Shown here piece after piece: positions 44,064 to 53,938 of a DNA stretch of 60,147 bases. How positions within the stretch are numbered: the stretch's first letter is position 1; every line of letters begins with the position of its first letter. The position numbers were made by a program, and so were the translations under genes. Below the pieces are notes generated by a model that was not told the origin of the DNA, did no database searches, and was given only the letters and a program-made list of their open reading frames with translations. The stretch covers positions 1 to 60,147 of the forward strand of contig DUQX01000027.1 in NCBI GenBank assembly GCA_012837615.1. The letters are read 5' to 3'. The stretch is from Bacillota bacterium (GTDB lineage: Bacteria > Bacillota > Dethiobacteria > DTU022 > UBA8154).

Positions 44064-45074
44064 ATGATCGTTGTTATGAATTTAGGCGCCAGCGTAGAAG
44101 ATATCCAGGAAGTTGAAGAAAAAATAACACAATTTGGATACAGCGTTCATCGTTCCACTGGAAAAAAACGCACCATTTTGGGGGCAATTGGTTTACCCAG
44201 GGAAGAAGTTAAAGAACTATTGGAGGGAATTCCCTCTGTAGAAAAAGTGGTGCTTGTCTCTTCGCCATATAAGCTGGTTAGCCGGGAGTTTAAGAAAGAA
44301 AGAACAGTCTTCAAGGTAGGGGATGTAGAAATCGGCGGTGACAAAATTGTCCTTATAGCAGGCCCGTGCGCAGTTGAGCGACGTTCTTTTCTTCAAGCGG
44401 CTGAAGCAGTAAAAAAGGCAGGAGCGGATATTTTAAGAGGGGGAGCATATAAGCCTCGCTCATCCCCTTACAGCTTTCAAGGGCTTGAAGAAGAGGGTTT
44501 AAAAATAATGGCTGAAGCCAGGGAGCTGACAGGACTTCCCTTGATCACGGAAGTGCTTGACCAGCATTCGATAGAGATTGTTGCTAAATACGTTGATATA
44601 ATCCAGGTAGGCGCACGTAATATGCAAAACTTTAAGCTACTGAAAGAGCTGGGGCAGCTGGATAAACCTGTCCTGCTCAAAAGAGGAATGTCCGCCACGA
44701 TAGAAGAATGGCTAATGGCAGCAGAGTATCTTCTCTCAAGCGGGAATGAACGTGTCATTCTCTGCGAAAGGGGGATACGTACATTTGAAACATACACCCG
44801 CAACACTTTGGATATCAGCGCTGTTCCCGTAGCGAAGGAACTGAGCCACTTGCCTGTATTTGTTGATCCGAGCCACGGGACGGGAAAATGGAAATGGGTC
44901 CCTCCAATGAGCCTTGCTGCTATAGCGGCCGGAGCCGATGGGCTGCTGATAGAGGTTCACCCATTTCCGGAAGAGGCCCTATGCGATGGTTCCCAGTCGT
45001 TGGTTCCGCAAAAATTTTTACAGATGATAGAGCCATTGAAAGGGGTGGCGCAGACTGTTGGCCGGACCTTGTAA
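44064..45074 (+). CDS. aroF: 3-deoxy-7-phosphoheptulonate (DAHP) synthase, type I-beta with N-terminal regulatory domain
   Basis: ATG 44064 follows SD aggggaag. IAGPCAVE, GAYKPRSSPYSFQG, LKRG and DPSHG motifs are present. The track start at 44004 lies in the leader. Confidence 0.9.
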   Translation: MIVVMNLGASVEDIQEVEEKITQFGYSVHRSTGKKRTILGAIGLPREEVKELLEGIPSVEKVVLVSSPYKLVSREFKKERTVFKVGDVEIGGDKIVLIAGPCAVERRSFLQAAEAVKKAGADILRGGAYKPRSSPYSFQGLEEEGLKIMAEARELTGLPLITEVLDQHSIEIVAKYVDIIQVGARNMQNFKLLKELGQLDKPVLLKRGMSATIEEWLMAAEYLLSSGNERVILCERGIRTFETYTRNTLDISAVPVAKELSHLPVFVDPSHGTGKWKWVPPMSLAAIAAGADGLLIEVHPFPEEALCDGSQSLVPQKFLQMIEPLKGVAQTVGRTL

Positions 45075-45945
45075 ACCCTTATATGCAAAATGCTGTATAT
45101 TAGGGCTGGGTCTCATGGGGGGATCTATGGGAATAGCCCTGGGAAGCAATAATGTTGTTGGGGAGCGCTGGGGGTACGACGTTGATGCACTGGCTATGGA
45201 AAAAGCTGTGGAAAGGGGTGCTGTAGATAACGCAGCCGACTTAAATGCACCCGGCCTGCGGCAAGCTTTACAGGATGCGGAGCTGATAATCCTCTCCGCA
45301 CCCGTCAGGCAGTCATTGAAAATCCTGGAAGAGATAGCCCCGCTGCTTCAAAAAGGAGCGCTAGTTACCGATGTAGGAAGCACCAAAAAAAAAATCGTCA
45401 GAGCCATGGAAGATCTCTTGCCTCCAGGGGTAACAGGTATCGGCGGCCACCCCATGTCCGGTTCGGAAAAGTCCGGTATTGCAGCGGCGGATGCCGCTCT
45501 GTTAAAAAATGCAGCTTATCTGTTAACTCCCGCGCGCAATACACCACCGAAGAAGCTGGAAAAGCTACAGACGGCAATTCGGGCAATCGGAGCGATTCCT
45601 TTTATCTTGGATCCGGAGGAACATGACAAACTGGCAGCACTGATCAGCCATCTTCCGCACCTGGTTGCAGTGACCCTGGTCAACACTTTAAAAAATAGCG
45701 GTTATGAACAGAACTTGCTGCATGCCTTTGCCGGAAACGGCTTTAAGGATACAACGCGTATTGCCATGGGCGAACCGTCTGTCTGGTATGATATCTTTTC
45801 AACCAATAAAAGTAATTTGAATGATGCCTTAAACAGTTTTTTAAAAGAGTTAAATAAACTCTGTGGCAATCTGGATAAAGGAAACGAGCAAGAAGTTATA
45901 AAGATTTTGGCAGAAGGAAAATTATGGAGACAATTATTTTCTTGA
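45058..45945 (+). CDS. tyrA: Prephenate dehydrogenase
   Basis: ILGLGLMGGSMGIAL Rossmann motif, DVGSTK and GGHPMSG motifs. The TTG start overlaps the aroF 3' end by 17 nt. Confidence 0.85.
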   Translation: MAGPCKPLYAKCCILGLGLMGGSMGIALGSNNVVGERWGYDVDALAMEKAVERGAVDNAADLNAPGLRQALQDAELIILSAPVRQSLKILEEIAPLLQKGALVTDVGSTKKKIVRAMEDLLPPGVTGIGGHPMSGSEKSGIAAADAALLKNAAYLLTPARNTPPKKLEKLQTAIRAIGAIPFILDPEEHDKLAALISHLPHLVAVTLVNTLKNSGYEQNLLHAFAGNGFKDTTRIAMGEPSVWYDIFSTNKSNLNDALNSFLKELNKLCGNLDKGNEQEVIKILAEGKLWRQLFS

Positions 45946-46026
45946 TATAATGTATCGATATGATGTGAAAAAAAAAGGGGGGATAGACAGGAGGAACCGG
46001 GAGATCGGGGTAAAACTCCTGTCACC

Positions 46027-47208
46027 ATGCAGATGCGATATCTATCGGCAGGTGAATCACATGGCCCGGCATTAGTGGGAATTATTGAGGGGCTACCGGC
46101 AGGTCTGAAAATTGAAGAAGATTATATCAACCGGCAGCTCTCCAGGCGCCAGGGAGGTTACGGCAGGGGAGGGCGCATGTCTATAGAAAAGGACAGCATT
46201 ATAATATTATCCGGCGTTCGTTTTGGAAAAACAACAGGCGCTCCCCTTGCCCTGGAAATTGAGAACAGGGATTGGGTAAACTGGCAAAAAGTGATGTCAA
46301 AAAACGCGCAGGACGAGACATCCGAAAAAAGAATAACCAGCCCCCGTCCGGGGCACGCCGATCTTGCCGGCGGGATCAAATACTTTCAACGCGACCTGCG
46401 CAATGTTCTTGAGCGCGCCAGCGCCAGGGAAACGGCCATGCGCGTGGCTGTCGGCAGCATCGCATCTTTACTGCTGAAATATTTTCACATCGAAAGTGCC
46501 GGATATGTAGTCGCCGTTGGTGATATTAAGGTTTCGCCAAAATCCCGGCAATCAAGCGTAAACGAGATAAAAGAAAAAACAGCCGCTTCACTTCTCTACT
46601 GCACTGATGCTGAAACAGAAAAACTAATGCTGGAGAAGATTGATCGGGCAAGAGAATCAGGGGATACCCTGGGAGGGGTTTTTGAGATCCTGGTGGAAGG
46701 AGTCCCACCCGGCCTGGGCAGCCACGTTCACTGGGACAGGCGCCTTGATGGGCGGCTGGCTGGGGCACTGATGAGCATACCCGGTATTAAAGGCGTTGAG
46801 ATAGGGCTCGGTTTTAGCGCTGCAGAAAACTTCGGTTCGTTGGTACACGACGCTATTGTTTTTAATGAAAATAAGGAAATAGCAAGATCCGCCAACCATG
46901 CTGGAGGGCTTGAGGGAGGGATCACTAACGGGGAGCCTCTCCTGCTGCGGGCTGCCATGAAACCTATCCCGACCCTGATGAAAGCACTGCCCAGTATAGA
47001 CCTGGCCACGGGTGAGCAGAGAAATGCTGCCATCGAACGTTCTGATATTTGTGCTGTTGCCGCAGCCTCGGTGGTGGGAGAAGCCGTTGTCGCCTGGGAA
47101 ATAGCCAGGGCTTTTCTGGAAAAATTCTCTGGGGACACAATGATAGAGTTGGAGCAGGCTTATCATTACTACATGGAACTTGTTCAGCGTTACCTGAAAA
47201 ATAAATGA
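46027..47208 (+). CDS. aroC: Chorismate synthase
   Basis: MRYLSAGESHGPAL, RRQGGYGRGGRM and RPGHADL signatures. Confidence 0.9.
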   Translation: MQMRYLSAGESHGPALVGIIEGLPAGLKIEEDYINRQLSRRQGGYGRGGRMSIEKDSIIILSGVRFGKTTGAPLALEIENRDWVNWQKVMSKNAQDETSEKRITSPRPGHADLAGGIKYFQRDLRNVLERASARETAMRVAVGSIASLLLKYFHIESAGYVVAVGDIKVSPKSRQSSVNEIKEKTAASLLYCTDAETEKLMLEKIDRARESGDTLGGVFEILVEGVPPGLGSHVHWDRRLDGRLAGALMSIPGIKGVEIGLGFSAAENFGSLVHDAIVFNENKEIARSANHAGGLEGGITNGEPLLLRAAMKPIPTLMKALPSIDLATGEQRNAAIERSDICAVAAASVVGEAVVAWEIARAFLEKFSGDTMIELEQAYHYYMELVQRYLKNK

Positions 47209-48362
47209 ATACCAGCACTACAGCGGGTGAAAAGAAAATGTACAAAGTAAAAATAAGAACTGAACAAAAAACCTATCCCGTTTATCTTGGCCAAAAAGCG
47301 CTAGACAGCACCGGTCAGTTAATCTCCGCCATTTTACCGCCCTGCACCGCTCTGGTGGTAAGCGATAAAAATGTTGCCGCACATTACGGGGAAAAGTGCC
47401 TGAAGAGCTTGCGGGATAAAAGTTTCGAGCCTTTCCTGGAAGTACTTGAAGGCGGGGAAAAAGAGAAATCTTTATCGTCCGCTGCAGCCCTTTACTCACG
47501 CGCTTTGGAGGCAGGTATGGATCGTTCTTCTGTTATCATCGCCCTCGGGGGAGGCGTGATCGGAGACCTGGCGGGATTTGTTGCCGCAACTTACTTAAGA
47601 GGTGTACCCTACGTCCAGCTGCCAACAACGCTGCTGGCAATGGTCGATAGCAGCGTGGGCGGCAAGGTTGCCGTAAATCATCCCCTGGGGAAAAATTTGA
47701 TCGGGGCTTTTTACCAGCCAACGCTGGTGGTGGCTGACGGGAGTACCCTTCATACCCTCCCCGAGCGCGAATTTAATGCCGGGCTGGCCGAGCTGATCAA
47801 ATACGGTATTATCTGGGATAAAAAGCTTTTTGAAAGGTTGGAACTATCGCTCTCCAATAATAAAAATACCACCCCCAAAAAACACTTCCTGGAGATGAAC
47901 TGCTCCCGGCTGTTAAAGCATATTGTCAGCGCTGTAATTATCAAAGGGAAAATAGTCAGCCAAGACGAAAGGGAAAAAGATTTACGCCGTATTTTAAACT
48001 TCGGGCATACTTTCGGGCATGCCCTGGAAGCTGGAACCGGTTTTCATTACTATCTGCACGGAGAAGCTGTGGCCTGCGGAATGGCGATGGCTGCCAGGCT
48101 GGCAGCGCTGCTGGGTATCCTGGATCCGCTTTTTGTACAAAGGATTATTGCCCTGCTTAAATGTCTGCACGTTCCTCCCCCCCCGTTAGAATTAAACCGC
48201 GATACCGTTATAGAAGCTTTATTTTACGATAAGAAAAAAGAGGGGAAAGAACTGGTTTTCATCCTTCCCGTATCTTTAGGCAAGACAACGGTTTGCAAAA
48301 CCCCTCCCGCACCTCTGATCGAAAGGGTTATTGAAGAATACCTGGGTGGGGAACTTATATAA
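47205..48362 (+). CDS. aroB: 3-dehydroquinate synthase
   Basis: GGGVIGDLAGFVAATYLRGV, DSSVGGK and FGHTFGHALE motifs. ATG 47205 overlaps the aroC stop (ATGA). ATG 47238 is an alternative start. Confidence 0.9.
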   Translation: MNTSTTAGEKKMYKVKIRTEQKTYPVYLGQKALDSTGQLISAILPPCTALVVSDKNVAAHYGEKCLKSLRDKSFEPFLEVLEGGEKEKSLSSAAALYSRALEAGMDRSSVIIALGGGVIGDLAGFVAATYLRGVPYVQLPTTLLAMVDSSVGGKVAVNHPLGKNLIGAFYQPTLVVADGSTLHTLPEREFNAGLAELIKYGIIWDKKLFERLELSLSNNKNTTPKKHFLEMNCSRLLKHIVSAVIIKGKIVSQDEREKDLRRILNFGHTFGHALEAGTGFHYYLHGEAVACGMAMAARLAALLGILDPLFVQRIIALLKCLHVPPPPLELNRDTVIEALFYDKKKEGKELVFILPVSLGKTTVCKTPPAPLIERVIEEYLGGELI

Positions 48363-48387
48363 CATTGTGTAAAAGGGCGGTGAGATA

Positions 48388-49287
48388 ATGTTATCCCACG
48401 GTGGTATAGCGGAACCGGAAACCATTAACGGGGATATCAAAATAGTGGGCATTTACGGGGATCCGGTAAAACATTCCTTATCCCCTGCAATGCACAATGC
48501 AGCTTTTAGAGCAAAAGGTTTAAACTACTGTTACCTGCCTTTCCTTGTGCGCCGAGATAAACTCCCGGCAGCAATGAAAGCCATTACCTCCCTGAATATG
48601 CAGGGTGTCAATATAACTGCCCCGCATAAAGAAGCTGCGATTCCTTTTCTGGATGAACTTTCCCCGGAAGTTTCATTTTTAAAGGCCGTTAATACCGTTG
48701 TAAACAGGGAAGGAAAGCTAACAGGCTATAATACCGATGTTGACGGTTTCCTCTACCTGCTGCAGAATAATTTTGGGGATTCTTTTACATCAGCCAGAAT
48801 TTTGCTGCTGGGGGCGGGGGGTGCTGCAAAGGCTGTTTCCCTTGCCCTGGGCAGGGTTAAAGCAAGATCGTTAATCATCGTCAACCGTACCGCTGTTAAA
48901 GCTGAAAGGCTGGCCACGCTATTAAACCAAGGGGGTTATTTTACCGAAAAACAGGTCGAAATAATCAGTCCCGGTCGGTTGGGCAGCAAAGGCAGCATTT
49001 CAGGCATTACCTGGATTATCAATGCCTTAAGCGGAGATCCTGTTGAATTGGGTCTACTATCCCCGGATATCCTGCCGGATTGCGCTGCAGTGATAGACCT
49101 GCGCTATGGGCAAAGGCCGGGCCCCTTTAAAAATTGGGCAGAGGCGAAAGGTATTCCCTTCATCAACGGCCTGGGGATGCTGCTGGGGCAGGGAATAAAA
49201 GCCTTTGAAATTTTTACCGGCGTAGAAGCTCCTTTGCAAGTTATGCAGGAAACGTTAAGAAAAAAATATAAGGGTACCAGGGAATAA
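48388..49287 (+). CDS. aroE: Shikimate dehydrogenase
   Basis: GDPVKHSLSPAMHNAAF, NITAPHK, NTD and GAGGAAKAV motifs. Confidence 0.85.
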   Translation: MLSHGGIAEPETINGDIKIVGIYGDPVKHSLSPAMHNAAFRAKGLNYCYLPFLVRRDKLPAAMKAITSLNMQGVNITAPHKEAAIPFLDELSPEVSFLKAVNTVVNREGKLTGYNTDVDGFLYLLQNNFGDSFTSARILLLGAGGAAKAVSLALGRVKARSLIIVNRTAVKAERLATLLNQGGYFTEKQVEIISPGRLGSKGSISGITWIINALSGDPVELGLLSPDILPDCAAVIDLRYGQRPGPFKNWAEAKGIPFINGLGMLLGQGIKAFEIFTGVEAPLQVMQETLRKKYKGTRE

Positions 49288-49320
49288 CAAGGGGAAAACA
49301 AACCGCGGGGATTGGACATA

Positions 49321-49878
49321 ATGGAGACCAAGTATAATTCAGTTAAACGCATACTAAAAAAGAATATTTTTCTAACAGGTTTTATGGGCTCGGGAAAAAC
49401 CAGCGTGGGTAAAGTGCTGGCTAATTATTTAAAGGTAGATTTTTTTGACACGGATGAATTGATAGTCCAGGAGCAGGGAATGAGCGTAAATGAGATTTTT
49501 ACGCGTTATGGTGAAAACTATTTTCGAAGCAGGGAGACAGAAGCCTTGAAAACCCTGGGTAACAGATCACCGGGAACCTGCGTGATCTCCACCGGGGGCG
49601 GGGCAGTTTTGAGGGAAGAGAATTTCCTTTTAATGAAAAAAAACGGCCTTATCGTTTACCTCGATGTCTCTGCAGAAGAGGCGTGGCGTAGGATAAAAAA
49701 CAATCACGACCGGCCACTTTTAAAAGTAGATAATCCCTGCAAAGTAATGCGGGAACTGCTGCAGGAAAGGAGGCCTTTCTACCAAAAAGCAGATCTGACA
49801 ATCAATTCTTCCGGAAAAACAGTCGTAGAAATTGCACAGGAAATATTTTATGAAGTTATTGCCCGCACCGGGCAGTAG
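49321..49878 (+). CDS. aroK: Shikimate kinase
   Basis: IFLTGFMGSGKTSVGK P-loop, FDTD and GGGAV motifs. ATG 49321 is preferred over the track's TTG 49312. Confidence 0.85.
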   Translation: METKYNSVKRILKKNIFLTGFMGSGKTSVGKVLANYLKVDFFDTDELIVQEQGMSVNEIFTRYGENYFRSRETEALKTLGNRSPGTCVISTGGGAVLREENFLLMKKNGLIVYLDVSAEEAWRRIKNNHDRPLLKVDNPCKVMRELLQERRPFYQKADLTINSSGKTVVEIAQEIFYEVIARTGQ

Positions 49879-50032
49879 GGCCAATGGGAGTGCAATCCTT
49901 TCTTTTGTACAGGCCGGCCGGCCTGAGCCTTCTTTTGAAAATACCCATATACTCCATACTCCGACAGGTAGCCGGCGGCCGATTTATGGATATGCCGATA
50001 TTTTTCAAAAACAGAGATAGGGGTTTTGCCTA

Positions 50033-50479
50033 ATGGTTAGTGGAAAAAAAGTCATTTTGGTGCTTCACGGCCCCAACCTTAATCTGCTGGGTAGTAGGGA
50101 AGTGGAAATTTACGGCAGTATAAAACTAGAAGACCTGAATAATCTGCTCTACAAGGAAGCGGAAAAGCTCTCAGTAAAAGTGGATTGTTTTCAATCCAAC
50201 TGCGAAGGTGAACTGCTAGACCGTATTCACCGCGCACCTGCAGTGTATCATGGAATAATTATTAACCCCGGCGCCTACACGCATTACAGCATTGCATTGC
50301 GCGATGCCCTGGCAGGAGTTGACGTGCCGGCGGTGGAAGTACACCTTTCCAATATTTATGCCCGGGAGGAATTCCGTCACCGCTCCGTTATCGCCCCTGT
50401 AGTGCGGGGGCAAATATGCGGCTTCGGGCCGCAAAGCTATCTACTGGCCTTACGCGCTCTTTGTGATGGAATTTCCTGA
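50033..50479 (+). CDS. aroQ: Type II 3-dehydroquinate dehydratase
   Basis: [33 protein letters not shown] and EVHLSNI motifs. Confidence 0.9.
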   Translation: MVSGKKVILVLHGPNLNLLGSREVEIYGSIKLEDLNNLLYKEAEKLSVKVDCFQSNCEGELLDRIHRAPAVYHGIIINPGAYTHYSIALRDALAGVDVPAVEVHLSNIYAREEFRHRSVIAPVVRGQICGFGPQSYLLALRALCDGIS

Positions 50480-50555
50480 GAAAATGAGCATAAGTAATCC
50501 ATAAACCAAATAAATCGGTAATCCGGGTTAATACGATAAAAAATATTTTTGCGGG

Positions 50556-50948
50556 GTGGTAGTTCAATTGCATAATCAGAATGTCAGAGGCATCAGAGGT
50601 GCCATTGATGTGCCTGCCAATAATAGGAAAGAAATATTGGAGGCTACAAAAGAACTGTTGCAGGAAATCATGCGCAGAAATTCACTTGAAAAGGATCAAA
50701 TCGCTGCAGTTATATTTTCCATGACGGAAGATCTGAATGCGGCTTTTCCTGCACAAGCCGCACGTGAACTGGGTTGGAAATATGTACCTTTATTCTGCAC
50801 CAATGAAGTTAGTGTTCCAGGATCACTTCCGCGCTGCATCCGTGTATTAATGCTGGTAAATACAAAAAAATCTGCACAGGAAATAACACATATCTACCTG
50901 AAGGGGGCAGTTGTTTTAAGGAAAGACCTGCTGAACGAAGATAGGTGA
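50556..50948 (+). CDS. aroH: Chorismate mutase, AroH class
   Basis: VRGIRGAIDV...FPAQAARELGWKYVPLFCTNE...CIRVLMLV...IYLKGAVVLRKDL is colinear with Bacillus AroH. TTG 50568 is an alternative start. Confidence 0.8.
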   Translation: MVVQLHNQNVRGIRGAIDVPANNRKEILEATKELLQEIMRRNSLEKDQIAAVIFSMTEDLNAAFPAQAARELGWKYVPLFCTNEVSVPGSLPRCIRVLMLVNTKKSAQEITHIYLKGAVVLRKDLLNEDR

Positions 50949-51224
50949 AACTATTTCATACATTGAAAAATTAGGTATTAAAGATGCTGTTACGATTAAT
51001 AAATTCGGTAACAAAAAAGAAAAAACTATATTAGCTTAGACCTGTTTTAATCTCCTCGGTAGTAGAAAAAAATGTATTTAAAGTAAATCTCCTACTGATT
51101 CTAATAATATGATAAAATATTTAATGTACTGGTATAGGTTTAAAAAACGGGGTATTGGCAAATGCTTTAAACCTGCAAAAAACCGGTAAGATTAAAAAAA
51201 TAAGAAGGGAGAAGTGGGAAAAGC

Positions 51225-52556
51225 ATGAAAAAAATTGTTTTACTGTTGGTTATGGTATTAGTACTGTTAACTGCGGCCCCCTTGTACGGCCAGGAAGAGC
51301 TTTCCCGGGGGGAATTTGCCGCCATGCTGGTTGAAGCCAGCAAAATGGAATCCGATTTATCTCCGGCAGATTTATTGGTGCAAAAAGGAATAATGAAGGG
51401 ATACCCTGATGGGGAACTTTATCTGGATCGGGGCATTACACGCATGGAAGCGATAGCCCTGACAGCAAAAACTCTTGGTATGGCCGATTCTGTTGTGCCG
51501 CCTGTGGAGGGCGATATTTCGCTCGACAAGGAGCACTGGGGTTATACATTCTATTCCTGGCTCAATATTTTCGGATTAATGGATGGTAATCCGGATGATC
51601 TTCTTACCGAGGAAGAGGGAAGTGCTTTTTTAGAAAAAGCTTTTAGCAGTGATCCGGAGGCAACACCACTGTTGGAAAATATTAAGACAAATGTAGCTAA
51701 TATCGAGTCTTTGCGTTCCGTCGTTAGCGGCAATATGAAAATGATTTTGCGACCCGGAGCAGAAAACACAGAAGAAATACCGCAGATGGATTTTCAAATG
51801 AAAACTATTCAGGAAATGGTTTTGCCGGCCAGCATGCATCAATTATCAACGATAATCATTGATATTCCCGATATGGGGAAACAAGAAATAACTTCTGAAA
51901 TGTACCTTGTGGACGGGAAGATCTACCAGCAGTTACCTTTAGGTGAAACAGGGGAAATGCAGTGGGTTCTCTATCCTGAGGAGCTATTCCCGGACCTTGA
52001 GCAGATGATGAACTTGGAAGAAGCCAGTTCAACAATACCCGAAGGCATGGAAGATTACCTCCATTACCAGCTGCTCGGCACTACAGAGATAAATGGCGAA
52101 GAAGTTTATCAATTAGCAACCTATGGACGCGTAGATGATTTGGATTTATTCTTCGAAACGATAACGGAACAGCTTGGCAGCAGCCAGCAGATAATGGAAT
52201 TTTTGGGACAGGGTTTGGCTGTAATAGATTCTATGTCTTTATGGTGCATCGAGTACATAGGTGCCGATGATTATCTCACAAAAAGTGCGGATATATTTTT
52301 GATTATCACCCTGGCAGAAGAAATTGCCGGTGAACCTAACCCGCTGGAAGCGATACAGATGAATATGAAGGTTGAAGAATTCAACTACAATGAAGAGATC
52401 ATTATTGAACTGCCGGAAGAAGCACAAAACGCTACTTTAATGGATTTTTCGGAGTTGCTCCAAGAACAAGAACAACTACAAGAACAAATGCCTGAGCAGG
52501 AACAGTTACAGGAGCAATCGGAAGAAGAAATTGAAACAGAAGAAGAGATTGAATAA
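51225..52556 (+). CDS. Secreted SLH-domain protein with LolA-like/unknown middle domain and acidic EQ-repeat tail
   Basis: Signal peptide, then an SLH-like segment (GIMKGYPDGELYLDRGITRMEAIALTAK). The C-terminus is QEQEQLQEQMPEQEQLQEQSEEEIETEEEIE. Confidence 0.6.
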   Translation: MKKIVLLLVMVLVLLTAAPLYGQEELSRGEFAAMLVEASKMESDLSPADLLVQKGIMKGYPDGELYLDRGITRMEAIALTAKTLGMADSVVPPVEGDISLDKEHWGYTFYSWLNIFGLMDGNPDDLLTEEEGSAFLEKAFSSDPEATPLLENIKTNVANIESLRSVVSGNMKMILRPGAENTEEIPQMDFQMKTIQEMVLPASMHQLSTIIIDIPDMGKQEITSEMYLVDGKIYQQLPLGETGEMQWVLYPEELFPDLEQMMNLEEASSTIPEGMEDYLHYQLLGTTEINGEEVYQLATYGRVDDLDLFFETITEQLGSSQQIMEFLGQGLAVIDSMSLWCIEYIGADDYLTKSADIFLIITLAEEIAGEPNPLEAIQMNMKVEEFNYNEEIIIELPEEAQNATLMDFSELLQEQEQLQEQMPEQEQLQEQSEEEIETEEEIE

Positions 52557-52586
52557 TTGGTATACCACTGATACCTTTTATTTTAT

Positions 52587-52616
52587 GGTGTGTCCTCAAC
52601 AGACACACCTTTTTTT
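52587..52616 (+). terminator. Intrinsic terminator after the SLH gene
   Basis: ggtgtgtc-ctcaaca-gacacacc followed by T7. Confidence 0.8.
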
Positions 52617-52786
52617 ATGGAACGCAGGATAAAATCAATAAACCAAATTAGCAAATAGCAATATAAACCTGTCAATATTATACGGTAATATTATACGGTA
52701 ATATTTTTTTATGGTTTGTTGGTTAACTAAACTTGAATTACCTGAATAATATGTACAAGAATTACGCTGGGAAGGGGGGGGAGATA

Positions 52787-53212
52787 ATGAAACAATTTTT
52801 TGCTACACTTATGGGTTCGGAAGAAGTACCTCCAGTGCAGACAAGCGCCACGGGCGATACAGTTTTTAAAGTTAGCGACGACCAAATGACAATGCGGTTT
52901 CGTTTAATTGTTAATAATATTGCAAATATGACTGTGGCTCATATTCATTTGGGGCGCCGCGGGGAAAATGGGCCTATTGTTGTCTTTTTGTTTGGTCCTG
53001 TCGATCCGGCTATTACTGTTAGCCAGGGAATCGTTCAAGGCACCCTGAGCCAAAGAAATCTGGTTGGCCCATTAGAAGGGCAGCCTTTTTCTGCTTTGTT
53101 AAATGAAATGCAGCGGGGCAACACCTATGTAAATGTCCACACAGTACAAAATCCCGGAGGTGAAATTCGCGGTCAGATTAGCCGTAGCAGAACAGCGACA
53201 AACTGGGCTTAG
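52787..53212 (+). CDS. CHRD domain-containing protein
   Basis: ATG 52787 follows SD gggggggag. EEVPPV..., AHIHLGRRGENGPIV and YVNVHTVQNPGGEIRGQI are CHRD hallmarks. Confidence 0.8.
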   Translation: MKQFFATLMGSEEVPPVQTSATGDTVFKVSDDQMTMRFRLIVNNIANMTVAHIHLGRRGENGPIVVFLFGPVDPAITVSQGIVQGTLSQRNLVGPLEGQPFSALLNEMQRGNTYVNVHTVQNPGGEIRGQISRSRTATNWA

Positions 53213-53494
53213 AGAACAACAGTATCGTGAGAAATAAAGGAGTTTTCCGGTTTTGGCCACGTTATATGGTAGTATATTTCAATTACGGGATCATTTTATA
53301 ATAACGGTAGTTTAAAGCTGCCTTTACAGCAAGAGCATACCGCGTATTTGTTATGATCGTTTTTTGTCTTATAAAGAAACGGCAAGAACATTAAACAGCA
53401 GAAAAAAAATATTAGTTCGGCTAAAAATTTCCCTCGATTGGCTGTAGTTAGGCTATAGTAAACAATAAAACTGGCTTTTTTTTCTGTAAAGCGA

Positions 53495-53526
53495 AAACCC
53501 TCTGAGTGTCGATTCTCAGAGGGTTT
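53495..53526 (-). terminator. Terminator hairpin downstream of tRNA-Pro (possibly bidirectional)
   Basis: aaaccctctgag ... ctcagagggttt forms a 12-bp stem. T-rich sequence follows on both strands. Confidence 0.65.
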
Positions 53527-53531
53527 GTTTC

Positions 53532-53608
53532 TGGTCGGAGCGACAGGATTTGAACCTGCGACCTCTTGACCCCCAGTCAAGCGCGCTGCCAAACTGCGCC
53601 ACGCCCCG
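53532..53608 (-). tRNA. tRNA-Pro (anticodon GGG), CCA encoded
   Basis: The reverse complement is CGGGGCGTGGCGCAGTTTGGCAGCGCGCTTGACTGGGGGTCAAGAGGTCGCAGGTTCAAATCCTGTCGCTCCGACCA. It folds as a cloverleaf with a 7-bp acceptor stem, CTTGA/TCAAG anticodon stem, loop CTGGGGG, and TTCAAAT T-loop. Confidence 0.9.
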
Positions 53609-53622
53609 TTATTCTTTTTCTA

Positions 53623-53651
53623 ATTATAGCAATTTGAATCTTCGGTGTCAA
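53623..53651 (-). promoter_or_regulatory. Consensus sigma-A promoter for tRNA-Pro
   Basis: On the - strand: TTGACA (53651-53646), 17 nt, TATAAT (53628-53623). The -10 element ends about 15 nt upstream of the tRNA 5' end. Confidence 0.7.
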
Positions 53652-53938
53652 GACGAATAAAGCTGCTGGTTTATATTAATCTGTTAATGTCATGGATTAC
53701 AGGAATGCTTGTTAACTAGCGTGATAAAATGTCACTTATGAAATAAATATTCATAACCTAGTAGAGCAAAATAAGAGCAAAATCCCTTGGTAATAGTAAC
53801 TATTATTAACTATCACCCCTTGTAGGCGATTATTATTGTTTTTAAAAAAAAAGTTCTCGTGAACATTGACTTTTTAACTTAATTTGTTAAAATTGAACTT
53901 GACCTTTATACAAAAACTTTAAAAAGGGGGCTTAGAAA

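Noticed and set aside
49832-50020. 62-aa ORF bridging aroK and aroQ.
   Set aside because: It overlaps the aroK 3' end, has no SD, and is rich in Pro/Gly/Arg from a GC palindrome. It is likely non-coding spacer.
53296-53592. 98-aa - strand ORF.
   Set aside because: It overlaps tRNA-Pro and its terminator. The N-terminal AARLTGGQEVAGSNPVAPT is the typical artefactual translation of a tRNA gene.
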